Origin: Torpedo marmorata
Lineage: Eukaryota
DNA length: 64,000 nt
Direction: 5' to 3'
NCBI GenBank assembly: GCA_977017645.1
Contig: OZ360236.1
Location: forward strand, 39,370,001-39,434,000
This document shows, one piece after another, positions 25,635 through 36,504 of this stretch. The position numbers and the translations under genes are program-made. Position 1 is the first letter of the stretch; each line of letters begins with the position of its first letter. The notes under the pieces were generated by a model. That model did not search any database, had not been told where the DNA came from, and saw nothing but the letters and a program-made list of their open reading frames with translations.

Positions 25635-27010
25635 AAACACGAAAATCTGTAGACACCGTGGTTAGAAGTAAAAAACACAAAAGCTGGAGAACTCAGCAGG
25701 TCAAACAGTGTCTTTTATGTAGCAAAGGTAGAAATACATAACCGACGTTTCGGGCTTGAGCCCTTCATCAAAGTATGAGAAAATGCCGGCAGGCGTCCGA
25801 ACAAAGGAGTGAGGGGGGAAGGAGGGTGGCAAAGGCAGGAGATGATAGGTGGAGAAAGGAGGGAGGGGACAGCAGCAAAGAGGGGGAGGAGGGATGGCTG
25901 GGTGGGTGGAAAAAGACAGGAAGGACAGGTGAGGGGGGAGGGGAAGGGAACAACAAGCAGGTTTAGTGGAAAGCAGAAAAGTCAATGTTAATGCCATCTG
26001 GCTGGAGAGTGCCGAGACGGAATATGAGATGTTGTTCCTCTAATTTGCGGGTAGTCTGGGTGGGATAGTACATGAGGCCATGGACAGACATGTGAGTGTG
26101 GGAGTGTGACCCAGAATTGAAATGGTTGGCTACTGGGAGGTCGCTGTTGTTGCGGACGGAGAGGAGGTGCTCAGCAAAGCGGTCTCCCAATCTACGACCG
26201 GTCTCTCCAATGTATAGAAAGCCACAAAGGGAGCACCGGATGCAGTAAATAAGTCCTCTGGATGTACAAGTGAAGTGTAGTTTCACTTGGAAGGCCTGTT
26301 TGGGGCCCTGGACCGTGGTGAGGGGGGAGGTGTGGGCGCAGGTGTTGCACCTCCTGCAGGCACAGGGGAAGGTGCCGGGGGTGCGATGGGTGGGGAGGGA
26401 TGAGTGCACGAGGGAATCGCGGAGGGAGTGGTCCCTGAGGAAGGCCGAGAGGGGAGGAGAAGGAAAAATGTGTCTGGTGGTGGGATCTTGCAGCAAGTGC
26501 CGGAAATTCCGGCGGATAATGTGTTGGATGCGGAGGCTGGTGAGGTGGTAGGTGAGGATGAGGGGTATTCTATGTTTGTTGTGTCTGGGGGCAGAGGGGG
26601 CCAGGGCAGATGAGCGGGAAATGGAGGAGATGCGGGTGAGGGCTGAGTTGATGGTGGTGGAGGGGAAGCCACGTTTGTGGAAAAAGGCAGACATTTCAGA
26701 AGATCTGGAGTGGAACACCTCATCTTGGGAACAGATGCGGCGGAGGCGGAAAAATTGAGAGAAGGGGATGGAGTCCTTGCAGGGGACAGGGTGTGAGGAT
26801 GTGTAGTCCAGATAGTTGTGGGAGTTGGAGGGTTTGTAGTAAATGTCGGTGGAAAGCTTGTCTCCCGAGATGGAGACAGAGAGATCCAGGAAGGGGAGAA
26901 TGTTATCGGAGATGGACCAGGTGAGTTTGAGATCGTGGTGAAAGTTGGATGCGAAGTGGATGAAGTTGACAAGCTCATCGTGGGTGCATGAGGCAGCCCC
27001 GATGAGCGTG
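25635..27010 (-). mobile_element. Penelope-like element, 5'-truncated (RT thumb + GIY-YIG endonuclease)
   Basis: ORF to 25963 with LPFLDL..TDIYYKP..HP and GLIYCIRCSLCGFLYIGETGR; exact 14-bp TSD aactggcgtgaagt at 25621-25634 and 27011-27024. Confidence 0.93.
25736..25779 (-). ncRNA. Minimal hammerhead-ribozyme-like motif in a PLE terminus
   Basis: Minus strand reads TTGATGA-A-GGGC-TCAA-GCCC-GAAA-CGTC; activity untested. Confidence 0.65.
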
Positions 27011-27259
27011 AACTGGCGTGAAGTCCTGCATTGTAAATTTCTATTTAATGTACAAAATACACAGCAGCAACTCATCAACACATCTTCAATTGCACCTCTC
27101 ATCCCATAACAGGGGTTTCATGACTCTCACATGTAGCCATGTGGGCACGCAAGGTATCTTCTGACAAGTTGTGGGAGTGATGGGATGGGGGAGACATTGT
27201 GTAACTTGATGACTTTGATTTATTGGACATTTTTCTCTGAGTTTGCACGGACAAATATA

Positions 27260-27912
27260 CTGTATGTACTCGTCTAATAGTCGAGTTTTTTGGACCAATT
27301 CTTCGGGTCAAATTTGGGGGGGTCTATTTTATCACGGGTCATACTTTTGACTGCGGTAAGTACCTGCATTGTTCAAGGTGTTGGGAGCTCAGATGGCCGG
27401 GACGGGGTGGTAAATCTGCGTTCGGGGCGTCGGGAGCTCTGAGGGGCGGGCGGCTGGGGCGAGGGTCCACGGTCGGGGCATCGGGAGCTCCGGTGGGCGG
27501 GCGGCCGGGGCGAGTATTCACAGTTGGGGTGTCGGAAGCTCGGGCGGGTTGGGCGAGGATCAGTGGTCGGGGCGTCAGGAACTCGGATGGATGGGCGGCT
27601 GGGGCGAGGATCCGTGGTCCGGGCGTCGGGAGCTCCAGTGGGCGGGCGGCCGGGGCGAGGATCCGCGGTGGGGGCGTCGGGAGCTCTGGTGTTTGGGCGG
27701 GCAGCCGGGGCGAGGATCCGCAGTCGGGGCCTTGTGAGCTTGGATGGGCGGCCGAGGCGAGAGGTCGGGTGTCAGGAGCTCGGATGGGCAGGCAATCGGG
27801 GGCAAAAATAAGGGGTCAACTTTTACACGGAAAACAAGTGATTTTTGGGCTAAAAAGGGGGGGGGTGGGGGTCGACTATTACATGGGATCGACTATTTCA
27901 CGAGTATATATG
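27260..27912. mobile_element. Tc2-like non-autonomous element with GC-rich minisatellite, copy 2
   Basis: TA|CTGTATGTACTCG...CGAGTATATATGG termini; units like gggcggccggggcgaggatccgcggtcggggcgtcgggagctc; absent from the right foldback arm. Confidence 0.72.
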
Positions 27913-30900
27913 GTGGACGAACCAAAGAGCTCAGGCCCGAACCTTTGGTTATCGTTTGCTTTCTGTGGATGCACATTTGTGTTTTGCATTCGACCACAGC
28001 ATCTGCAGACTCTGTTTAAATATAGATGTGATTTTTTTTTGCACCAGGCAGAACTGAACTTGTTCATTCAGGGATTTGATTGTCAGACCTGTGGCAAATC
28101 AGTCTTGAATGTTTATCCCTAATCAATCCAAGTACGAGCACCAACACACCAAACGTAGGAACCTGCATCCACAACAACGTTAGAACATACCGTAGAGTTT
28201 TCTCAAGTGCTTGGTGGAAAAATAAATCTTGTCTATATTTAAACAAAGAGTTGGCAGATGCTCTGGCCGAGTGCAATACACAAATGTGCTGGAGAAACTC
28301 AGCAGATCAAGCAGCATCCGTAGGAAGTTCAGGCCTGAGCTCTTCGTCAAGGTTAGTCTATATTTCTCTATGTAAACACAGAGTAAAAGTCCGGTAAATC
28401 GAAATCATCAACTTACACAATGTCTCCCCCATCCCATTACTCCCACAACTTGTCAGGAGATGTCTTGCGTGCCTACATGGCTACATGTAACAGTCATGTT
28501 ATGGGTTGGGAGGTGCAATTGAAGATGTGTTGATGAGTTGCTGCTGTGTATTGTGAACACAAGATTATAGAAATTTAAAATACAGGACTTCACGCCAGAT
28601 AACACGGCAATTGAGTCAAACCCAGCCTGTCAGTTTGCATTTTTTTTTACCCCACACCTAAAAGCAGATCAAGCACATCTCCAAGTGCAAAAATGTGATG
28701 AGGGTTTTTACCCCACCATCCTTTCAAGCAGAGTTCTGAAACTCTACCAACAATGGCATTTATGTGGCTGCTCCAGAGAAGTTTCTGCACCATGATGATG
28801 GGGGAATTGGACATGGTCAATCCCCCATTGTCGCCACGGTATTACACTGACAGCTCTGATCTTTGCAAACCTGTAGTTGTCACTGATATTCTACGGCGTG
28901 AAACACAATAGTCTGCAGACACTTGTATTATCTTGAGAAGAGCTCTGAGATGTGTCTGCAGTGATTTGAGCTTTCATTCTTACTGAAAGAATGCAACTAG
29001 GTTTGTTTCATTCAAGAGCCTCTGGTAAGAAAAGAATTGTGTCATTTTAATTTTTTATCCGTCTTTCTCAGTATAACTGACAAAATTGATTTTTTTAGGA
29101 TTATTTAAATCAGATTTGAAATGTGCAGTGAAAAACTTAATGTGTACAATTTTCTGGATGGTCTTGAGTGCTTATTGCTCATCAAACAACCCCACAAATG
29201 AAAACTGTCAGGCCCAGTACAACATCAATCCTTTGCTCTTCTGAGTTCCTTTGTGACTTTGACATTCAACCCAACAGTAGCAAAAATGCAACCCACGAAA
29301 AGCAGAAACAAATGCAATGTCCAAAAATAATGAGATCCCCTGGTGGTGAGTGGGCAGCCAGTGAGTAGCTGGGCCTTATAGACCTCTGAAGTGTCATCCT
29401 AGATGCTCGTCTGTAATGTTGGCTAATTAATGTGTGGCATTGGGGGAGTGCAGAGAACCTCATCAACATTCATTAGACAGGTAACAAAAGTCCATCAAAA
29501 ATTAGAAAAAATAACCTCCCGTGGGTGATGAGCAGAAAATATTGGGTCAGTTAACCAATTATCCAGTACTATTACATATTTAAAAAAAGTCATACTTAAA
29601 GGATTAAACGGTCAAATATATGCTGGTGAGGATATGTAATTATATAGTGAACTTGGAAGGAGATAGGAATTAAGAAATGTTAGAAGGAGAACATTGGGAG
29701 CACACAGATATCACCATTTGTAAGTTCCCTTCTGAGTTGCTCACTATCCTAATGGGGAAGTGAAGCACGAACCCGTCATTGTGTCAAAACTGTGTGGTTA
29801 CCTGGTAACAACATTGTGGGTGTAATTTCACCACAAGAAGAGTAACAGTTCAAGAAGGTGCCCCCTGATTGAGAAGGTGCCCCCCTGAATTGCCTTCTCA
29901 GAGATCATTAAACTTCAATCTCAAGCTCCACATTAGTTGGGGAAAATGTTCCTGGTGAGGATGATTGAATCAGAATAAATCACTTAAATTATGGAATGTT
30001 AGTGCTTTGGAATCATATTTCAAAAATTTGTTTGATCACTGTGAAAAGTGTAGCTAAATGACCTCATACATTTACAAGAAGATTCAAGATGCAATTTTAC
30101 AATATTCCAACAATTGCATTCATGCAGAAAAGAAAAAAATATATAAATTAGGCATGATAGAACATAGATTTTCTATTCAGAAGTATGAACTTGATAAATG
30201 TCGTCAGTTGGGGGTGGGGGGGGCTGTGTGGGGGGAGAGTTTGGAATACATCATCAGCAAACCATAAAGTATGATGCTAATGATAACAATGTTTGAAGAA
30301 TTTTTTTCATAATTGGCTTTCTGTTTAATTATACCAATGACTTAATTTTATTTTTGTGAGTTAAATTGATTTTAACTCTGCCCTACAAAGGAACTTCATA
30401 ATAACCCAATTCTTCATATTGGGAAATCATTTTACATTAATAGATAAGAGTTCCAAATAATATAGTGGTGTGTCATTCTGTATCACCATTCCAAGAATTA
30501 AAACGAACATTTTTAATATAAAGTCCATTTTATCGTTGTGCTGGACCTGTGTCAATCCCACGATCTCACACCATTTTTGCAGCCACATGACCACTGGATC
30601 ACATGTGGTAGGAACACAGAGACTTCCCTCACCTTGAACGTTCAGGAAGGTTGATCCACAGTTTCCATTCATCTCTGGTGATTCAGACATTTACAAATGG
30701 TAAAATCAGATGAGATTATTAAAAGATAAATGATAAAGCGCAAATCTGCTGCTAACTAATTAAAACATTGAATAATAGAAAACTGAATGAATTCTTATCT
30801 AAGCTTACCTTTCAACTAAAAATTAACTACTGGGAGCAGGCTTGACCTACCAGCTGTGACAACTGTGCAATCAGAAGCAAAATATATCCAACCCCAACAC

Positions 30901-30924
30901 AGAGTAGGCCCAGCAACCTTTTCT

Positions 30925-31315
30925 GTACTTCATCCCTTCTTACCTACATTCATCACCCTCTCCGACTTGGTTCCATCTGTCCATCACCTGCTCTCCGTTG
31001 GTTTGCCTTTCCTATCCCCTCCACACCTGGGTCCATCTGCCCATAATCTGGTTCCACCCATCACCTGGCAGCCTCTATTTCAGCCCCCCTCCCCTCTCCC
31101 TCCCTCCCCCATATGTCCATCAACCCTCTCCTCAGCTGGTTCCTCCTATCACTCTGTCTTGCCCCTTCCTCTCACTTCTACAGACTGCATACCTTCCCTC
31201 TGCCCTCTGAGTCTTGCGGCCTGGTCTTGACCTGAAACATTGCCCATCCCTTTGCCTTTACAGATGCTGCTAAATCCACTGAATTCCTTTTGCAGGTTCT
31301 AGCATCTTCATCTAT
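30925..31315 (+). mobile_element. Old Penelope-like terminal remnant
   Basis: Pyrimidine-rich body, decayed gacctgaaacattg motif and cagatgctgc..tgaattcc tail. Confidence 0.5.
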
Positions 31316-32032
31316 TGCGTCTCCATTCTCTGGCAGGTACCTGTAGAATGGGGCTGTGGCTGGAAATTTCAAGACAGTCACGTGATATCCTTCTGATATT
31401 TTCCTTTCTGGAACCATTTAGCTTTTTACGAGTAATTGAATATGTAAGGACACCCTGCCTCGATTCTGTCTCCGATTCTAGTCAAGAAAGATATGATGCT
31501 TGAGTTCTGTTTTAGATTCCTGTTTTAGCCAACTTGAGACCAAAATTTTTCCTGAGGTTATGTCATCCTGGAGAAAGTTTAAACATTTATTATAGAATTG
31601 GTGAATTGTTGAAAACTTTAAAATGTTACAGCTATTCTTGCGTGAAAAGTTGTCATACTTGTCATTTGTTTTTTTTGGAAACTAGTTATCTATGTAACTT
31701 GTAAATATATGGACTTAAGGAGATGAGTTCTTGGGAATTGTCCCCAATGAATTCTTTTATCTTTTTCATCCATGTACAGGGTGTCCTGCAGCTCCCATGT
31801 AATCCACAGGATGGCAGCAGTGAGAGCAATTGTAAGATGTGGAATGATGATCTGAAATCGAATCATTTGTGTCCTGTCTCCCCCTTGAGGCTGAACTATT
31901 AACGGTAACCTTTGTGTGATCATTTCTTCAACAAATTTTTTTGCATACTAAACAGACAATTGCAAAGATTAAGGTAATCACAAATCATGAGTGTTTGAGT
32001 CAAATTAGTTGAACAGGATTTTCTCTACATAA

Positions 32033-32604
32033 GCGGGCAAGGCTACCGGCCACCATTATGTCAACCTTCCACAGGAGCTATTGAGAGCCTCCTGGCCGCT
32101 GCATCGCAGTATGGTACGGTTGTTGCAGAGAAATGGATCGGAGGTCAAGCCACAGGACCATAAGAGCAGCAGAGAGGATCACTGGAGTCTCCCCCCCCCC
32201 CCCCATCGACGTGATCTACCAGGATCGGTGTCTGAAGAGGGCGCACAAAATCATTGAGGACCCCTTCCACCCCACACACAGCATCTTTCAGCTGCTCCCG
32301 TCGGGGAAGAGGTACAGGAGTATTAGAGCCAGCACCACCAGGCTGAGGAACAGCTTCTTCTCACAGGCAGTGAGAATGCTGAATGACCAAAGGAACTGCT
32401 CACACTAACCATCCGAGACTCTCATATTTACGAAACAATATTAATTTATTTATTTGTATATGTGAATACTTGTCCTGCACATGCATTGTTTGTCTGTATG
32501 TGTGTTATGTCTGGTTGTGTCTCTGCATGTTTTGCACAGAGGATGGGAAAACGCTGTTTTGTCAGGCTGTACTTGTGCAATCAGATGACAATAAACTTGA
32601 CTTG
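32033..32604 (+). mobile_element. Rex1/Babar-type LINE 3' fragment, second subfamily
   Basis: ORF 32133..32408 HPTHSIFQLLPSGKRYRSIRASTTRLRNSFF; tail tgacaataaa(cttga)2. Confidence 0.85.
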
Positions 32605-33058
32605 ATAAAGACATGTTGATCAGTCCTCGCCTTTTCAAAGGTACATAAATCTATCCCTTCAGATCTTTTCCAATAATTTCCAACCACTGACGCAAGGATC
32701 ACCATTCTGCAGTTACCTGACCGACTTGCTGCCCTTCTTAAATAATGAATGACTGTTCTCCAGTCTGCTGGGCAAATCCACTGTGCTGAACAAAGATGTA
32801 AAAATCTCCAACAGGCTCCAGCCATTCCCTCCCTTGCTTCCCATTGCAACCTGGGATAGATTTCATCCAGCCCTCAGCATTTATCAATCCTGACCATCCC
32901 ATGATATCTAACATCTTCTTCTTAACACTGATCTGCACCAGATTACGCACATACCCCTCTCTGAACTTGTTTTCTTCAATGGTGTTCTCTTTGGTGAATA
33001 CACATGAAAAGTATTCATTTGATTCCTTGCCCACATTGCCTGGCCCCACATTGGAATT

Positions 33059-33331
33059 GAAACACAAAAGTCTGTAGACGCTGTGATTGTAGTAAAAACA
33101 CACACAAATGCTGGAGGAACTCAGCCGGTCTCGTAGCGTCCATAGGAGGTAAAGATGTATTACCAACGTTTCAGGCCTGAGCCCTTCTTCAAGGTATAAG
33201 CAAAGAACAAGAAGGCATTCTTTGCTTATACCTTGAAGAAGGGCTCAGGCCCGAAACGTCGGTAATATATCTTTACCTCCTACGGATGCTGCGAGACCGG
33301 TGGAATTCCTCCAGCATTTCCGTGTGTTTTT
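33059..33331. mobile_element. Palindromic Penelope-terminus element with two opposed hammerhead-like motifs
   Basis: Arms 33094-33207 and 33218-33331 with a 10-nt loop; flanked by cccacattggaatt / cccacatagaaatt. Confidence 0.82.
33229..33264 (+). ncRNA. Minimal type I hammerhead-ribozyme-like motif
   Basis: TACC-TTGAAGA-A-GGGC-TCAG-GCCC-GAAA-CGTC-GGTA; stem I TACC/GGTA, stem II GGGC/GCCC. Confidence 0.68.
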
Positions 33332-33531
33332 CCCACATAGAAATTACTCCTTTGGTCCCGAAGGGGACCTATATTTTACCCCAGCTACAGTCTTATTCCT
33401 GATATATTTATCGAATGTCGTGGAACTCTCCTTCATTTTGCTTGTCAAGGATATTTCAGGGCCCCTTTTTGCCTTCCTAATTTATTTCTTACTCTACATT
33501 CCTCAAGAGACTCCCTTGACCCTAGTTGCCT

Positions 33532-33792
33532 TGTGGTAAACCACTGTTGTACCACTGTGTATATTATGGGCTGGGGCAAGCCTGATCATGTCCTGTCTGT
33601 CTGTCCCGGTGACTCCTCCCCCTCTCCCCTGGAATAAAGGCCTTGAGCCACTGACTCCACCCTCAGTTCCGGGACAGTCTAGCAGGTATCAACAGGTCTA
33701 AGTGTAGCTTAGCCCTGGCCTGAATTCTGTTAATAAAAGCCTATTGATCTCCAGTACTTCTTGCCTTGAGTAAGTCATTGATAGGCATATCA
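33532..33792 (+). mobile_element. Short solo LTR (261 bp)
   Basis: TG...CA termini, exact 5-bp TSD TGCCT, AATAAA ~55 bp before the end. Confidence 0.78.
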
Positions 33793-34064
33793 TGCCTATA
33801 CCTGCCAGATGTTTCCTTTCTCTTCCTGGTCAAACCTTCAACATCCTTTGTCATTCAAGGTTTCCTAATCTTGCACTACAATCACAGCATCTGCAGACTT
33901 TCCTGTTTAATTCCTAATCCTGCCATCTTTGCCTTTCACCCTTATTGAGACACACTGGCTCTGAATTTTTCACAAACTTTCTTTTAAAAGGGCTAAGGTT
34001 AGTCAGTTGTCAGTTGTTTCACCTGTAAGCATCTGCACCAAATCCACTTTCTCCAGGTCCTCTC

Positions 34065-34885
34065 TTCAAGGTTTAAGGTTCCTTTTATCGTCACGTAATA
34101 ATACAAAAATGTAATATACAGTACATGATATACTTCAACTTTTGCCTGCGTAAGGCAAACAAAGAGTCGCCAGGAGCATTCCTGGCAACCCTAAGAGAAA
34201 GAGAAGCAAAAGAGAGTCCATTCAGAGACATTGAGTGTCTGTGGATTCGCCTCCAGCGCTTCCCACAGCCTCTGCAGCCGCACAGACTCCTGTTCAAACT
34301 ATTAGCAATCTGAGCTCCAGGTCCAAACCTCCGATACGATCAGGAAGCCTTCAGTGCCTGATGCCCTTCGGGAACCCTTTCTTGCCCTTAGCACCCTCTC
34401 GAATCCCAGTTCCGATACCTGGTTCGCATGAGCCGGTCTCCAGCAGCCCCGCAGCCTTTGTGAGTCCTTCAATCACAGTTCACCAACAGCCCGCAGCTTG
34501 TGTGGATCCTTCAGCCGCTCAGCCCCCCCGCTGGTCCGCTGCCGTGGTTACCTTTGCTGCAGGGTCGTTTCCCAGGCTTCTTCTTCTCAACGGGGGGTGT
34601 TCTCCCTGTTGCTGGTGCTCTGCATTGGTCTGCTGCTCCCCCGGTTTCTGCCCAGCATAGGCGCCGCCATCTTGGGCACAGACCTCCAAGGTGACAGGAA
34701 GTTTAAAAAATAACACCGTCGGCTCCTTTAACAAGCCGTTTAAAGCCTGTATGGAGCTATTGGCATTAGGACCAGGCAGTAGGACTCTGTGGAGCAGTAC
34801 TGTATCTCTGCTTCCTGCTCTCCCGGGTCCACATCAGTGACAGTGCTGCCGTTACAGCAGCTATGGCAATGCCGCTATTTTTTTT
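34065..34885 (-). mobile_element. Non-autonomous retroelement with a Rex-like 3' tail, copy 1
   Basis: Homologous to 46272-47086 in opposite orientation; 3' end gtgacgataaaaggaaccttaaaccttgaa. Confidence 0.7.
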
Positions 34886-34904
34886 GAGTGATTGAAGTCA
34901 GACT

Positions 34905-35130
34905 ACACGGTTAGCGTAGCGGTTAGCGCAACACAGTTACGGGTTCGAATCCGGCGCTGTCTGTAAGGAGATTGTACGTTCTCCCAGAGTCTGCGTGGGT
35001 TAAATCTGGATGCTCCCACCCTTCAAAACATACCGGGTTGTAGGTTAATTGGGTGCAATTGGGCGGCACAGGCTCATGGGCGAAAATTACTGATACTGTA
35101 CTGTATGTCTAAATAAAACAAAATAAATTC
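34905..35130 (+). mobile_element. V-SINE (HE1-like)
   Basis: cacggttagcgtagcggttagcgca box A, gggttcgaatcc box B, A-rich tail. Confidence 0.82.
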
Positions 35131-36504
35131 AATACCTTAACTTAATGACCAACCTCATCCATTTCCATCGATACCCAGAAACACAGAAATATGGTCACTG
35201 TTCCCAAAGTGTTCTCCCACTGACACTTCCATCACCTGCCGAGTTTTATTTCCCAAGCTTAGCTCTAAATACTGCTTGCCCCAATGTCTCAAAAGAATTT
35301 CTTGGATGGACATAACAAAATCTACCCCATCTCAGCCCCATGCACAAAGGCAATTCCAGTTAATACAAGGAAAGTTCCACAACTCTCACTCTATTGCTTT
35401 TGCACGTTTGTGTGATGTGCTTGCATATCTGTCCCTCAAATTCCCTTGACTTGCAGTGATAACCCCAACAAAATGCCTGATCGTCTCTTATTCCTGAATT
35501 CTAACCATATGGCTTCCTCAGTTGATGCCTCTGTCGTTCTGTATTATACTATGCCCTGCTCATTTCACTACCTGTTCAGGTTGCTCTGAAATGTTACTTT
35601 TCCTCTCTCCACCTCCATCTTTTCCTCCTGGCAGCTCATTCCAGGTCCCAAATACTGGTTGTGTGAAACATTTACCCATCAGATCTCCTTTAAACCTCCT
35701 TCTCCTCCTCCCCACCTTGAACCTCTACCCTTTAGTTTCAGAAACCCCAATCTACACTCTCTCTGTCCCTCGTAAATTTACATAACTCTATCAGGTCACA
35801 TCTGAGCCTCGTTCACACCAGGGAGAGCAGACCCAGCCTGTCCAATCTCTTCTGATAACTCAAGCCCTCCAATCCAGGGAATGATTTTTTCCTGTGCCTG
35901 ATCTAACTTAACCATCTCCTTCCAAGAGTGTGGACACAATACTCCTGGTGTGGCAAAGCAACATTTTGTACGACTGTAACATGATATCCCAATCTTTTTT
36001 CTCAGTGCCTCACCTGATGAAGGCAAGTGTGTCAGATCATAACAGAAAGACATTTCAGAGTCGACTGAAGCAATGAACACTGGAACTGGTGTGGATTGGG
36101 GAAAGTGGCACAAAGGTTGGAGTTGTTTCATTTAACGCACGTTCTTGTGTATTATTTGTAAGAATGAAATCACTCATATTTGTATCTTGCATTTATTTTA
36201 ATCTGATTTCACCATCCCCTTTTTTGTAATTTCAAGACACCTGATTCGTTGTCAGCGGGGCTGATGATGGGTCTGCAAAACACAATTCTCTCCACATGAG
36301 GGCGACATTTAGTAACCTGAAAGGCTAGTTTTAATATTTTCAAAGCAAACGACTCCACAATATGAAAGGCTGGGGAACTTGACTTTCTTTGTTTTTGCTG
36401 TTCACAGAACTTCAACAGGTCCATACAAACAGATGAGAAGAAGAATCTTTGTGTGTTTAAAATTGATACTAATAATTCTTGGGGCTTCGATTTATTTAAC
36501 CAGG

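Larger units (their letters stand above)
25264..28931. repeat. Foldback inverted duplication (left arm interrupted by a PLE and a MITE)
   Basis: 25264-25634 + 27025-27259 + 27913-28050 align to the reverse complement of 28208-28931; loop ~155 bp. Confidence 0.88.
32610..36030 (-). mobile_element. Degenerate CR1 LINE remnants split by several younger insertions
   Basis: ORF 32738..33166 includes NEYFSCVFTKE; further CR1-like EN sequence at 35130-35520 and 3'-end sequence at 35620-36030. Confidence 0.6.

Noticed and set aside
27011-27102. N-terminus of the 379-aa ORF 25963..27102
   Set aside because: These codons come from the flanking foldback arm beyond the TSD, so this is a chance in-frame fusion to a truncated PLE.
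27380-27800. CRISPR-like periodic repeat
   Set aside because: Degenerate head-to-tail units with no unique spacers or cas genes, in a eukaryotic context.
29853-29892. Short tandem duplication agaaggtgccccctga x2
   Set aside because: A local slippage event within a decayed LINE 3' end.
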